In this document: positions 28,724 to 41,800 of the stretch, in pieces
Numbering within the stretch: position 1 is the stretch's first letter
Layout: every line of letters begins with the position of its first letter
Source: the human T2T-CHM13v2.0 reference genome, Homo sapiens
NCBI RefSeq assembly: GCF_009914755.1
Contig: NC_060932.1
DNA length: 64,000 bases
Strand: one strand, 5' to 3'
Made by a program: the position numbers and the translations under genes
Notes under the pieces: model-generated
Database searches by the model: none
Told to the model about the DNA's origin: nothing
Seen by the model: the letters and a program-made list of their open reading frames with translations, nothing else

Positions 28724-31700
28724 AAAGAACGGACTTGGATTTGGCAGTTTCTATTTTAGTGATATAGATTGTTCACCTGTATTTCCAGCCCTTCGTTAAA
28801 TACAGCCAGTCCTTGAGCCTTCATGATTTAATCAATAAGTATTTATTCAGTGGCTAATATGTTTAAAATAATTTCAGTAAATACTAAGTTTTAAAAACAG
28901 AAAGCTATTCCTAGAGTTTCATTCTCAAAATAATTCCCAAAAGTTATTCTTTTGTTAAAACCTCTTTTCACAGTAAACATTTTCAGAGCTGTTAACAAAT
29001 GATCTCATTGAATCTAAAAAAATGTTTACTGAATATGCACTATTACTGGATCCAGTGTTATAAATTAAGAACAAAGAAGAAATGAACTCTGTCCTTATTG
29101 ATTGTAAGCAATAAAGTCATTCTAATATATGTTTACCTCCTCTTCCCTTCCCTGCCCTCTTCTGATAGATATAAAAATGTTTTCTGAAATAGACCAAAGG
29201 CAAGTTGTTGGAGAAGAAATTCATCTACAAGTAGTATCTGTATCGTCAGTATCTTATTTTAAAAATAATGACTTGAATTATAGAGATAAATAATGGGTAG
29301 GGGAGTTATTTTGTTGTGATTTCCTAAAAATAAATCTAGTAAATATCCTTTGCCCAAAGGTGAATTTTTGGTACACTTCATGATGTTTTGAAAGAGAGGG
29401 AAGCTATAGTAATTCATAAATCTTGAATGAGAGCAGAAAAGCTTCTTCAAAATGGAAAAAAAGACATTTATGTTTCCCTATAAATGTACTTTGAATATCC
29501 TAGCTTTTAAATCTTCATTTTTTTCCTCATTCTTATAGCTGAGCATATGCAAGAAGTAGTGATAATTTTTGAATAATCTGGTAATTTTATTGTGGTGAGT
29601 TTTATTTCAGTTATGTCTGGCAAATAAAATTCATTCACTATTTTCTTCAAAATAGTACATTCATGTTGTTTTATATAACTGTCATTCATGACACTTAGCA
29701 GTTTACAGGAAGAAGTAACTTTCATTTTTAGAAGTGAAAGCTATGGAAAGTTGCAAAAAGTTTAATACTTTTTCAGATTCTTCTATATTTTATTAAGAAA
29801 AAAATCACCAAATTTGGAAATAAGGCAAAAACGCTGACCTCTTGACCTTTCAATGTCACACTAAGCATCATCTAAAACATTTTTATCTTAAGGGATATTC
29901 TACTCTCTATAAGAATATACCTATTATATTTTATATCTCTGTAAAGTTATCTTGTAGAAAACTTTTCAGACACAGATGATCTTATGTCCATAGTGGAGGT
30001 AAACAGTTTCTATCTAGCAGTAACGATAATTCAAAAGATTAGGATCATTATTTCCCAGCAGGATATAAACTATCTTGCATCTAATTTAGCAATCTAATTT
30101 CTGTATTCTTTTTGAATCTTTCTTTTTTTTTTGTTTTGAACCAGCTTTGCCATGTTGCACGTTTCCTCATAAGTGGGTTAATTACAAATTTTCCATGAGC
30201 TCACTTTCCCTGTGAGAATTATATTGTTGCATTTATGTCGTTTTTATGTAAGAATTACATTTTTTCCATTTTGAGAGTTATATTTCAACAATCTAAAAAT
30301 TAAATAATGATCTAGTTATTTTATTTACCACCAAAACCATTGTGATGGTACACTATACATAAGGATACCGTATATAAAGATGTAACCCCTGAGCAAGCGA
30401 ATTTTTAGAAATGTTTATGGATAAGGCCAAATTGACTTAGTCATCTTAGGAAATAGGAGATTAATAGATGCCTAGAAGATGCAGTACTCAACTCTTCGTA
30501 CAGAATAATCTGCATAGGACTCTTAAAGGGCCAGCATTGGCTCTTGAATTTATAGTAAGATAGTAACATTTGAATTTATAGTAAGATAGTAAGACAGCAT
30601 TGCTTGTTCTGGTTGTCTGCTTTTATAAACTCTGTATGTTTATTGACAAATGGCTGCTGGTTATATGATAACTGATTTGGCACAATGCAAAGTAACACCA
30701 TTTATTTCTATTAAAAACAAATGTATAAACAAACATCTTTTGGGGGAAAACATAATGTAAAAAAAGAAAATAAAGAATCTCTTTGATGATTGCTTGAATC
30801 CTAGTTCATTACTGGTACTGAAAATTTTGATGTTATGAGACCTGTTGATAAAACTTTTCCAAGATTTCCATTACAACTGCCCCCTGAATAGAAGTCATCA
30901 TGTTAAAACAACTTGTAAAATTGTGGTCTTTGTTGTTGTTGTTGTTGTTATTTTTCATGTCTTCCTCCCAGACCAAAGAAATTTAAAACATAATCCAAAG
31001 TATTAATGCTTATAATATTATTGATTTTTATCTTATCAGTCCATCTTAAAATGATCAATTATTTAAAATCATCATGAAAAGTGGTATGTGCCAATAAGCA
31101 GTACTATTTTTCGGTGGGTGTTTATACATTTAACAAATATTAAAATATATTTCTGTATGACATAATATCTTATGAGTTTAACTATCAACAGAGCTTCATT
31201 TTAGTGCTTGTCTTGAAAAAATAAGTATTTGTTGACTATAAAACATTTTAGAGTTTGTTTTCAATGTTCAGTTGGTTGGAGCAGGAAGGCCAAATGGAGG
31301 AAGTTTTAGTGCTTTCATACTTGAGTTAGGGTGAGCACAGCTTGGGACGGAAACATTAAGGACGGGACTACTGTAAAAGACATGCTCATCTTTCTAATCA
31401 ATTAAGGAAATGATAATTTATCTACCCTCAGTTCGTTAGAGTGAGGACATTTATTTGAATTAAAGGACATGCTCCTGGAAGTTGTGTTTGTACCAAACTT
31501 TAGTTTAATAAAATAATGTTTAAAATGCCCATGAAATGGATCAGCAAGAATCCAATGTCTTCAAAAGGGAATGACAATCCATTTCTTCTTGGACACTAAA
31601 TTTCTAGTGAGATAACAGTGCTTGAAAGCAAATTAGATGGCTTAGGCCACAAAGGCATTAAGTGAGAAAGGCTTCCCTAGGCTATTGCTGCGGACAACTT

Positions 31701-33411
31701 AACACCAAAGTAAAGCTTCACTGTTGTCTTTAAATATGGGACTGTCAGAGAAATCATCACCAGCTGGCACTAGTTCTGAAAAACAGATTTTTTTTCTTTT
31801 TTTTTTTTTACTGCTTTTGAGAATATTGAAGTTTCAATTGCTGTCATGGGTCAGTAATGTAAGAATAACAGACAACATACCCGAATTGTGTTTTTCAGTT
31901 ACAATAAACATTTGCCACTGACGATGAGGTGACTTATCTTCACTTCATGTTTACAAGCATGCAGAAAGTAAGATTGCTGGGTTACAATTTAAGGATTAAC
32001 ACATGATAGGAAAAACTACAGGAATTTCCTTCTCTAAAAATTATGTGGCTCATTGAGGTTCACTTGAATTAGGCTTTAAAGTTTTGATTTTAAATTTATT
32101 AGATATCTTTAGCACCTTCTTAGAAGTTACTACAACTAATAAAATAACAAAGGCTTTCCACTAAATATATTATCCCATTTTTGAAAGTATCAGTGGTAAT
32201 AATACACGTATTTCTCCAAAAATTCCGATGGAATTATATTAAGATAATGGGAAGATTTTCTGTCAAGAGTACTACAATATTTAATTCAACAACTGAAGTT
32301 CAGAAAATACCCCTAAATGAGAAAACATTATAACAAGGCAATCTTATAACTTCATTGCCTGCACATCTGTGAAAACATCAAGTGTAGGTACAAAATTTAA
32401 CTTTCTTTTGTGTCTTCTATTGCTCTTGCCCAGTTCTGAGTCCAGAATCAGTACTCAACAGACATGAATGAAGTCACTCAAAAAACCAACCACAAGGAGC
32501 ACTCAGTAAAAACCTGCATTTTATAGGGTGCATCTTCAGGAATTTATAAGATGATATTAAGAGAAACTGGGAATACTATACTTCCTATGGTGGTCTTTAT
32601 TAGCACAACAAAAGTGCCTGCTGTCTTTTTAAAAATATAAGAAAATGAGAAATAATATTTTGAAATAACTAAACAAAATGAATAGTTGGGGCAGATTTTT
32701 ATAGAAGCAATTTTTAAAATGAGATTCAAATACCAGCTTTAGTCAAGTGGGAGTTTTTCAACTTTATCCAAATATTCAAATGCCGTTGGATATAAACAAA
32801 CAGTGTCAACTTATTTATTGTATAAATTACCTAAGTTCTTAATGGAATACTTGGGGTTCTAAAAGGAGTAATAAACTGAACAGTAGTGGCACAATAAAAA
32901 ATATTTTATCACAAAAACAGCTTTTGGAGATCCCACCATCACATCCATGCATGTACCAACATCCCTGTCCATGCAGTCTGCTTTGGCAATTTTGGTTATG
33001 AACATGAACTATTTCTTTCTTTTCTAAAGTCATCTTCTGCACTTGGGTCTTAGATCCTATCTTCTTTCACCTGTTCACCTATTAAAGAACATCACTCCCA
33101 CTATTTCATCCTCTCTCTTCTGTTAGATTAATACAGTCCTCCCTACTGCATCATCCTCCTTAGCAAAGAAACATGTTCTTGTTTCACCCATACTAAATGA
33201 AAACAAAAAGAAGAACAAGAACTTTCTATTAATTCAACATCTCTTGCCAGTTATTACCTCATTTTTCTGGTCCCCTTTACAGCAAAGCTCCCCCAAATGT
33301 TTTCATACTTAGTTCTCCAATTCCTTCTTCCTACTCGCTCTTAAATTTATTCTATTAGGCTCTCACACCCATTTCTCCACCAAAACTACTCTCATTAATA
33401 TCACTATTGAC

Positions 33412-33605
33412 CAGGGCCAGCTTCGTGGGCATGCAATATTCTCTTCTTAGTTCACCCCACCCTCTGTAGTTGCACAGAGGCCATTCCTTACAATGGCCCT
33501 GAGTTTTGTTGAATGTCCTCTCACCATCTTGATATTCTTAATCCTTGAACAAGGGGACTTCAAATTTTCATTTTGCTGTGGGCCCCGCAAATTATATAGC
33601 TCCCT
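33412..33605 (+). mobile_element. MER45A-like hAT DNA transposon
   Basis: CAGGGCCAGCTTCGTGGGCATGC ... TTTTCATTTTGCTGTGGGCCCCGCAAATTATATAGC. Confidence 0.75.
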
Positions 33606-33662
33606 TTTCATATCAGTGACCTTCATGTTGCTAAAGCCAATGGCCAATCCACTACATGTATT

Positions 33663-34096
33663 TGCTATGGTTTGGATATTTGTCCCCTTCAAACCTCATG
33701 TTGAAATTTGATCCCCAAACATTGGTGGTGGGCCTGATGGGAAATGTTTGAATTATGGGGATGGGTCCCTCATGAACAGATTAATGCCCTCCTTTAAGGG
33801 TGAGTGAGATCTTACTTCATTAATTCCTACAAGAGAACACTGTTAGAATGAGCCTGGCACCTGCCCCTCTCTCTCTCTGATTTTCTCTCTTAGCATGTGA
33901 TCTCTGCACACATTGGGCTCCCCTTTGCCTTCTGCCATGAGTGGAAGCAGGCTGAGGCCCTCACCAGAAGCTGAGCAGATGCCAGCACCATGCTTCTTGT
34001 ATATCTTGCATAACTGTGAGCTAACTAAACCTCTTCGCTTTATAAATTACCCAGTCTCAGGTATTCTTTTATAGCAACACAAAACAGACTAAGACA
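33663..34096 (+). mobile_element. MST (MSTB-like) MaLR solo LTR
   Basis: TGCTATGGTTTGGATATTTGTCCCC ... CAGACTAAGACA; TSD GTATT/GTATC. Confidence 0.88.
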
Positions 34097-37000
34097 GTAT
34101 CGTACTTGACTTATCAATAGCAGATTTTTTTAAGATAAATTACTCCCTCCTTCTTGATATAGTTCTGTTTACTTGGCTTCTAATATACTTTACTCCTTTT
34201 TCTTTCTATCTCAGAGACTCCCCTTCAGGTTTGTTGAGTCTCCTGGTTTCCCACATTTACAAATTTGGACCCATTTTTCCTTCCATTTACTTCGCTAGAT
34301 GATCTCAGCCAATCTCAGAGTTCTAAATACCATCTATAAGCTAATGATTAACTCCCAACTCCCTCTTCAGCTCCAACAGTCTACTTGACCTTTCTATTTG
34401 GATCTTAAATGTAGCATGCCCAAAATGTAACTCCTTTTCTTTCCTACACCAAATCTGATCTACCAATAATCTTCCCCTTTGTTTACAGCAGATACTCTTC
34501 CTGTTGCTCAGGCTAGAAATCTTGGAATAATTCTTGACCCTTCTGTTTTTTCACACCCCATATCTAGGCAATCTAGTTTGTTCTACCTTCAAAATGTTAT
34601 CTGAAATTTAAATTACTTTCTCTACTTCTCATCTCTTACAGAGATTACTGAATTAGCCTCCTCCCTGGTCTCCTGGCTTCTATCCTTGTCTCCTCACATC
34701 TCATGATTTACTTTAAGCATAGTAGGGAATGGTCCCATTAAAACATAAATCACGTAACACTCCTGTGCTGAAACACTAAATTACTCCCCTACTTCAGACA
34801 GAATAAAAGCTATAGTCTTTAAAGTGGTCTACAGTGTTTCTAAATGGTCTCGCTTCTTCCCACCTTGTCTCTGTGTGCATTTTAAAATACTTTTTCTTTC
34901 CTTTACCTGGCCACGCTGTATTGGTCTTCTTGATATTCTTCCAATTTACTAGGTACACTCTTTCACCTTAGGACCTATTCTCTTTGTTCCCTCTTTTAAG
35001 TCTTGGCTCAAACGAAACCTACTGTTTAGCCTATTGAATATGGTTCCATTCACCCCACCTTGCCTTAATGCTACTTTATTTTTTCTCCAGAACATTTATC
35101 ACTCTCTAACATGTAATGTTATTAATATATTTGCTTATTTTGTACATATGTTTATTGTCTGACTTTCTTCCATATAGCCAGGGGTTTGGGTCTGTTTTCT
35201 TTCATTGATCTATCCCAAATGTCTGGACTAGAGCCCAGCACATAGTAAATACTCAGTTAAAATCTGTTGACCAAATGGACATTGTTTAATGAAGCCTGGG
35301 TTTGTACTATATAGTATGACCAATGAATAACAAAATAACGGCAATGCTGATTTCACTAGAGGGAAAAAATCATCAAGGTAATTGTAAAAAACATAATTAT
35401 AGAAAATATACCATCATGATGATAACAATTCATGCTTTGCAAAATCACCGCTATATATGTATTCTTTTAAAGATACATCAATTACATTGAGTAGTACCTA
35501 CTATGTAGAAAGAAAATATCTAAGGAAATTTAAGCTCTGAAGAAAATACTGTCAGTTCTATGTTATATTAACTTTAAAAACTAGTGTGTAATCATGGTGA
35601 TGGCAGGCTTTGCTTTCACATCAGAGGTGGTACATGTTCTGAGAAAGTCTGTGATGTATTCATGGGTTTGGGTTCATAAATATCCCTGGGAAACTGCTTA
35701 CAGTTTAGTGCTTGTGTAGTTTTAACTTGGAAATTAACTTTCTATTTATGGAAATAACTTAAGTAATTTCTATTATATTTGTTAATGTTTTCTGCTTGTT
35801 ATTATTAAGCCGTAAGTTGAGAGAAGAACCAGCTGTTGCTTCATGTAAGTATTTTATATAAATACTACATTTATGAAAGATGGTCTTAGGACTACTGACA
35901 TCCTGAATACATTAGATAACAGTATTATAAAACTAGAAATAAGATTTCATTATAAAATTTCTTATTTTGTATACAAATTGTTTTTTAATTCATTAATATG
36001 ATCAACTCTGACATGAAAAACTCCTTCCTTCTATCTATTGTTCTATTTAGTTTTCTATCCCTGGCATTGTCACTCTAAAATATGACTTGGAGAGGACTGA
36101 CTATAAGGGCATCTTGGGCATTGGCAAATATTAATTCCAGCTACTTTTGATAGTTTTTGACATTTCTTTGTTCATGAAAGGGCAAATTTGTTCATATCAG
36201 TATGTTTTAAAAACAACACAACTGTACTTGAGGTTACAAAGATGAAGAACAGAAGTACAAAGTAATTTGCGGTATGCTGAAAAAATAGGATTTATTTCTC
36301 TTCTGTGCCAATGTTCTTAGTCTTGAGCAAATTTGGCTCTGAAGGAATCAGACAGCTGCTACAACCGTGATTCTGTTGGGCTTCCTGGTAGAGCTGGAGA
36401 CAGACTGCAACCCAAGACAAAACCCAGAGGAAAAACAACTAACCTCAGCCATTTGCCCAATTTCCACCTTGCTAGTTATCAGAGTTCACTATTGTTTAAG
36501 CTCCAGGGGTCATACTATGGCAATCTACTGGTGGAATTTATTCTGAGCAAGTGTTTTGTTCAGCTTGCAGTATTAAAACAAAAAAGTAAGTAACTAACAT
36601 TTAAAACTTAGGGAGATTTCATACAATAAAATTCCCTTTGTCCAGTTTTTATTAAAAACTGAAAATCTGGCAAACGGAAGTTAAGCATTCTCCCTTCACA
36701 AATGCTTAGGGCTGAAGAAAGACTACCTTTATACGTGTGGAATGAGCTCTCCAGTTCCCAAAGTCTCTACCCAGCTGGCTGTATCCATGGAGGCTACTTG
36801 CCTATTCCTTTGTGTCCTTGTATGTTCCTTTTCTGGACCCCTGCTCCGTCCACACAGAGATGGAAGACCCAGAGGTGAGAGCAGAGTGACAATGATGACT
36901 CACTCACTTCTCTCCCCGCAAACAAGGGTAAATAGCTGATGGCTACATATTCCTCCTCTAATGGGGTTCTGACAGTCCTGGGTGAGATCATGTGTATTCT

Positions 37001-37862
37001 TTATCTGAAGGGTGGTCCTTGACACAAGAATCAAGTTCTACTTAAGGAAGTATATCACATTAAATGTTATTATTACACTCTTATCTAGAGAACATTGCCT
37101 CCAGCTGCAAAGCAAGGGCATTGCCATTATGAAAGCCCCTCAAAGACTCTCTGCTATTTTCAAAACATGGAAAGAAAAAGGGAAAAAAGAAAAAAAAATA
37201 ATAATTAGAAGGATTTGTTCCTTAATTTGGGCTCCCAAAAATGAGAAATGAAGATTGTATAATGAGGGGAGATACTAATTATTTTAAACTCTCCAAGCAA
37301 ATCTTCTGAAGCAATCAATTATTTATATACTTTATGTTCTGTCTTTTTGTATTTTTCCTTCTGGTTAAAAACATGCAGGTGAGTCTTGCCAACGTCCTTT
37401 CCTATCTGGATCTGTTCTGCCTCATTTCTCTTTCAAAGTCATCTTTCAGGGAACTTGCCCTGATTAATTTGATTTTAACCAAACAAATAAGATATTTGAT
37501 ATATTAATTTAAACTTTTTGAGATGATTGATTAGGAATTGCATCATGTTCACATGAGTATACCGAATTCAAAGTTAAACTTCATAAGCAGGAGTTTTTAC
37601 ACATCGTAACATAATCATTACCCAATACTCGACACTCAATATTTGATACTCAATGAATGTTTTTGAAATAAACACAATTTTTATTGTTAATCTTTCTGAA
37701 GAAACTAGTATATATCTTTTTACACAAAATCTATCAGTAAGAGATTGATTGGTTAAAGAAAAAAAGCAAAGCAAAACAAGTTGAGAGAATCCAGGCTTTA
37801 TCAATATAAGTAATAATTTTTTAGAATGGTGATTTGATTTCACCATTTCAATTCAGCAGAGC

Positions 37863-37865
<3 letters not shown>

Positions 37866-37924
<59 letters not shown>
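37866..37924. repeat. Pure (TA)n microsatellite, about 29 units
   Basis: Uninterrupted TA run. Confidence 0.97.
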
Positions 37925-37926
<2 letters not shown>

Positions 37927-38014
37927 CAATGATCTGTATTTCCTATTGCTAGAAGGATGAAAGTGAATCCATATAAACCATACCAACGCCGTTATGTGTA
38001 ACTGGTGGTAAAAC

Positions 38015-38020
38015 TTTATT
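38015..38020 (-). terminator. TRPS1: Main TRPS1 polyadenylation signal AATAAA (cleavage ~37992-38000)
   Basis: Minus strand reads AATAAAGTTTTACCACCAGTTACACATAA, followed by the GU-rich GGCGTTGGTATGGTTTATATGG downstream element. Confidence 0.75.
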
Positions 38021-38579
38021 ATTCAAGTTTAGATGTAACAGACATCTTTGCTGCCTGAAGATTGTTTGCATAAGAAATACACCAAGAACATGTTTGTGAG
38101 TAGAAATGAACATGCACTATGAAAACAAAATAAAATAAAACGAAAAAATTTCATGTGTTGTAAGAACAGAACTATTATAGCCAACATTCTAGTATTCAAA
38201 TCAGGACTACAAATTGAATTCTTTTTCTTAGCAACATGAAATCATTCCATATGAAAGACATTTTCTGCTGGTGAATATTGCTGTAAGTTAAATTTTACAT
38301 TGGCATTTTGAGATGTTCCCCCCTCATGCCTCCCCCAAAGTTTTCCATGTGGTTGTCAAATAGTCCGCCCTAAGGAATTTGGCGTTTATTATTGTGATAT
38401 TTGCCTTATTGGTAGCCATTAAGAAACTATGATTTTATCAGCCTAGTAATAGTTTTGCATCTTCATAGTCAACACTATTGGCTGCCTAGTTGATATTTAC
38501 AGCTCGTCTTTAAGAAAAATGACCCCAACCTTTCCTGGCCTTTGGGAACTGACAGTTTAAATAACCCCCTTGGCCACAT

Positions 38580-38830
38580 AATAATACTTGGCACTCCTAT
38601 GGTGCCTTTCAACCAAGGATCTCAAAGTGCTTTACAAACAAGTACTACATTACCATTATTATTATTAATAATATTATTAATACATATATTTTTCAATTTT
38701 ACAGCTGAGGAACCTGAGGCACAAAAAGAAAAAGTGATATGCTGCAGTTCATATGTTGGGAAAAAAAAAAAAAAAAAAAACAGGGGAAAACCAGAATTGA
38801 GTTTTGGGACTCTATGCTCTAGAAGGACAA
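38580..38830 (-). mobile_element. Ancient MIR/CORE-SINE remnant in the TRPS1 3'UTR
   Basis: GGATCTCAAAGTGCTTTACA tail-like segment plus the core ATTTTACAGCTGAGGAACCTGAGGCACA. Confidence 0.65.
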
Positions 38831-41800
38831 TTTTCTCTGATAAAAGCTAAACATTATTTCCACGGTAAAGTTATTCCTGCTTTTCTCCGGTGTAGGACAG
38901 AGTGAAGCTTACAGCTCTCCCTTTCCTTTCAAGAGAACACATGAATGTACATTGTCTAGTTTCTCACGTGTGGATTACTCTTGAATTTCACATTTTCTTC
39001 ATGTGACATACTTGACATACTTCTGCCCTAGCATATTCCAGAAGTTCTAATTACTGCAATTAACTGGGATGCTTTCTAAGCAACTGCAGCACTATCAGGA
39101 ACATGTGAGCCCACTGTCTATGAAACAGTACTGAAAAACCAAAAGGAAGTGCTCTGCAAAGAATCCATGCCTCTGCCCTTGGCCGTCTTTCTTTGGGAAA
39201 ATAACAATGCCCTCCAAAGTCCCGACGGGCGTCCTTCTATCTTCTTCTCATTTGCAGTTGCCTGCTGATAGAATTCCACCTAACAGTACCTACCTTTGAT
39301 TAGAATATTTAGTTTGATACTCAGGTTGCATTTCAATTCCTCAATTTTCTCTTGTGCCTTGGACAGTCAGCAAGCTTTCACCTTACTGGCTCACCAAAGA
39401 CGACTTGATCTTTTTTTCTTTTTTTTTTTTTGCCATGGCTCTCAAACCAAAGACAGTAGCTAAAGTTGACCTCCTCTCAACTTAAGGCAAAAGGCTGGCA
39501 TACAGCACAGAAGCAGACCACCAGCTTCTTTACTCCACATTTCCACCACTGGATGGCAGATATTCCCCCTCTAGAAATGCATTAATTTTATTTACTAAAC
39601 AGGGCAGCAGTTCACAGGTCTCAAGACCGGTCACTTTGTGATGTTTTGCAGCCACACAACAGGAGGCTAATAATTATTTTAATAGCCATACTGAGACTCT
39701 TCAGTTTATTAAGAAAAATGTATTTCCTCAGGCATTTTAAAATATATATACATTTAATATTTTTGGAGCTGTATTTGCATTGGATCATAATAGATTATGT
39801 GCACATGTGCAATTATAAACATAATGTGCTACCACAGGCTTCAACAAAGAGCTGTTAAAGATACTTTTTTCCCTTCTCATTAATATTACCTTAGAAAAGA
39901 ATCCCCATGCTTGTTTTATAAAAATCTACCTTCACTAAAACAGAACAGTTTAGAACAGAACATCACTATCTTAAAAGTTGATTAAAAAAAATCTCAATAT
40001 GTCATGTAGAGAGAATTGGGCATACTCTTTTCCTTTTGAACTACAGAGTTATCAATTAGAGCTCTGTCCTTTTCTCATATACTTGGAGTCATGTAGTGTC
40101 TCTCTCAATCCACAACGTTCTGAGATGGGTTGGCTCTTTATGATTTTTCTATCCCAAACAACAGAATGAATACAGAGGTGAGTGATGAGAGAAAGAGTGA
40201 GAAAAGGAAGAATGAGAACGCATGAGCTGGTCCTGGCCTAAAGTTTGATCCAAAGCTCAATTTAGAATATAGACAAATAATTTTAAAATATTTTCAGTTT
40301 TTAAATGGCACACAATTTTAGCTGGCACATCATTTTCATCACAGGGGAAGCCTTTTCCAAGAGAGAAAATTCCTAAATCATCATGAAATTCCTCATTAAA
40401 AAAAGTTCCGTACCATAATAGCTCGTTTAAAATCACAATTTAAGATAAAATAATTCAGAAATCTTAAATTAAAAAAATAAATTTTATAATATATCTTGAG
40501 AGATGGAATAAAGGCTTTAATATGTCAAAAAAGGAGTGTTTAGTGTTATAATAAATTTTTGTCTCTTTCAAAAAAGCCCAACCTCTTCTCCACCAAAATA
40601 TGTATAATAATGAAAGCAAAAAATGAAAATAAAATTATCAATAATAAAGAAGTATGGAATAAGATCTATCGTGTCAACGCTATCCAAAAATATTCTACTA
40701 AAAAGTAGACTGACCATAAATATTCCAAGAATAGTGATATGTATTTTCCAATGCTAGTCGTTACTACTATGTCTGTCTGAGAAAAAAAAAAAATTGAATG
40801 AAAATAAAAAGGCATACATGCCAAAAATAAAGAACCTATTTGTGTCCGACACACTAGAGAAATTGCTTAATGAGTAGTTTTGCCCAAAAAGTAATACTTG
40901 TCATATTGCCCAAGTTAACCAAACTTCTGGTGTTTTGCTGATTTAAGCAGTCCACATAGATAATGTTGCTTAAGGATTGCCACGATGCATTCTGTTATTC
41001 TTTTTACTAAGAAAATTAAATATTGTTGTTTGGGGGAATCTCCTCTCTTTTTTAGATCTTTAATTGTCACCTCTCAAGTCTGGCTATACATTTTGAGATG
41101 CATCCATCAAAATTCCTAAGGAAGATAAATTACATCACATAATTTGAATGTCAAAGCTCCTCATTCCACTTCTTTATTTCAGTTTATGTGAATATTAGAG
41201 CTACGCGACAGGTGAGATCAGAATAAGGCCCGTTAACAATGAAACTGAAGCAGAGGACTTAGTCCTGATTTCTGTCTCTTGCTTTCTCTTTTCTCTTTTT
41301 TTAATATGCAAACAAAAAAATGCAAAAATGAAAATGACAACACAACATCAGAAAGACATTTTTTTAACTTCATTCGCTACAACAGTCACGAACTGGTTGA
41401 ACTCTACCTGCCATCCAACTTTAAGAAACGAAGACCCGGCACTGTGAAAAAGAAACAAAACCCAAACAAAACAATGATACAAAGCAACTGCGAATTAATG
41501 TAAAAATGGAGTGCAAATGCGACTACAGAATGCAAAAAAAAATCAGCGTTGCAGATTCCAGCAACACTTATCAAAATAATTTCTGAAATGTTTCATATGA
41601 AACATAGACAAAGCAATAAAAAGAGGATATATGTTTATCATCTTAAGCATAACAATGTGAGTTAAGAGCTTAAAAATTAAAAAAAAAAAAGTACTTGGAA
41701 TGAATAAGTGCTACCCTTTTTTTCCTAAGTAGGCATAAAAATATTTTCATTTCCTTCTTGTTTTCCATACCATTATAGCAAGAACTTTCATTTGTTTCAT

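Larger units (their letters stand above)
33000..35290 (+). mobile_element. Long L2 fragment, interrupted by MER45 and MST
   Basis: L2 motifs (TCAGTGACCTTCATGTTGCTAAAGCCAATGG, TAAATACCATCTATAAGCTAATGA, CCCAGCACATAGTAAATACTCA). Confidence 0.75.

Noticed and set aside
30544-30592. 26-bp-period tandem duplication (an 18-bp one also occurs at ~62202-62236)
   Set aside because: Ordinary two-copy slippage duplications with no further structure.
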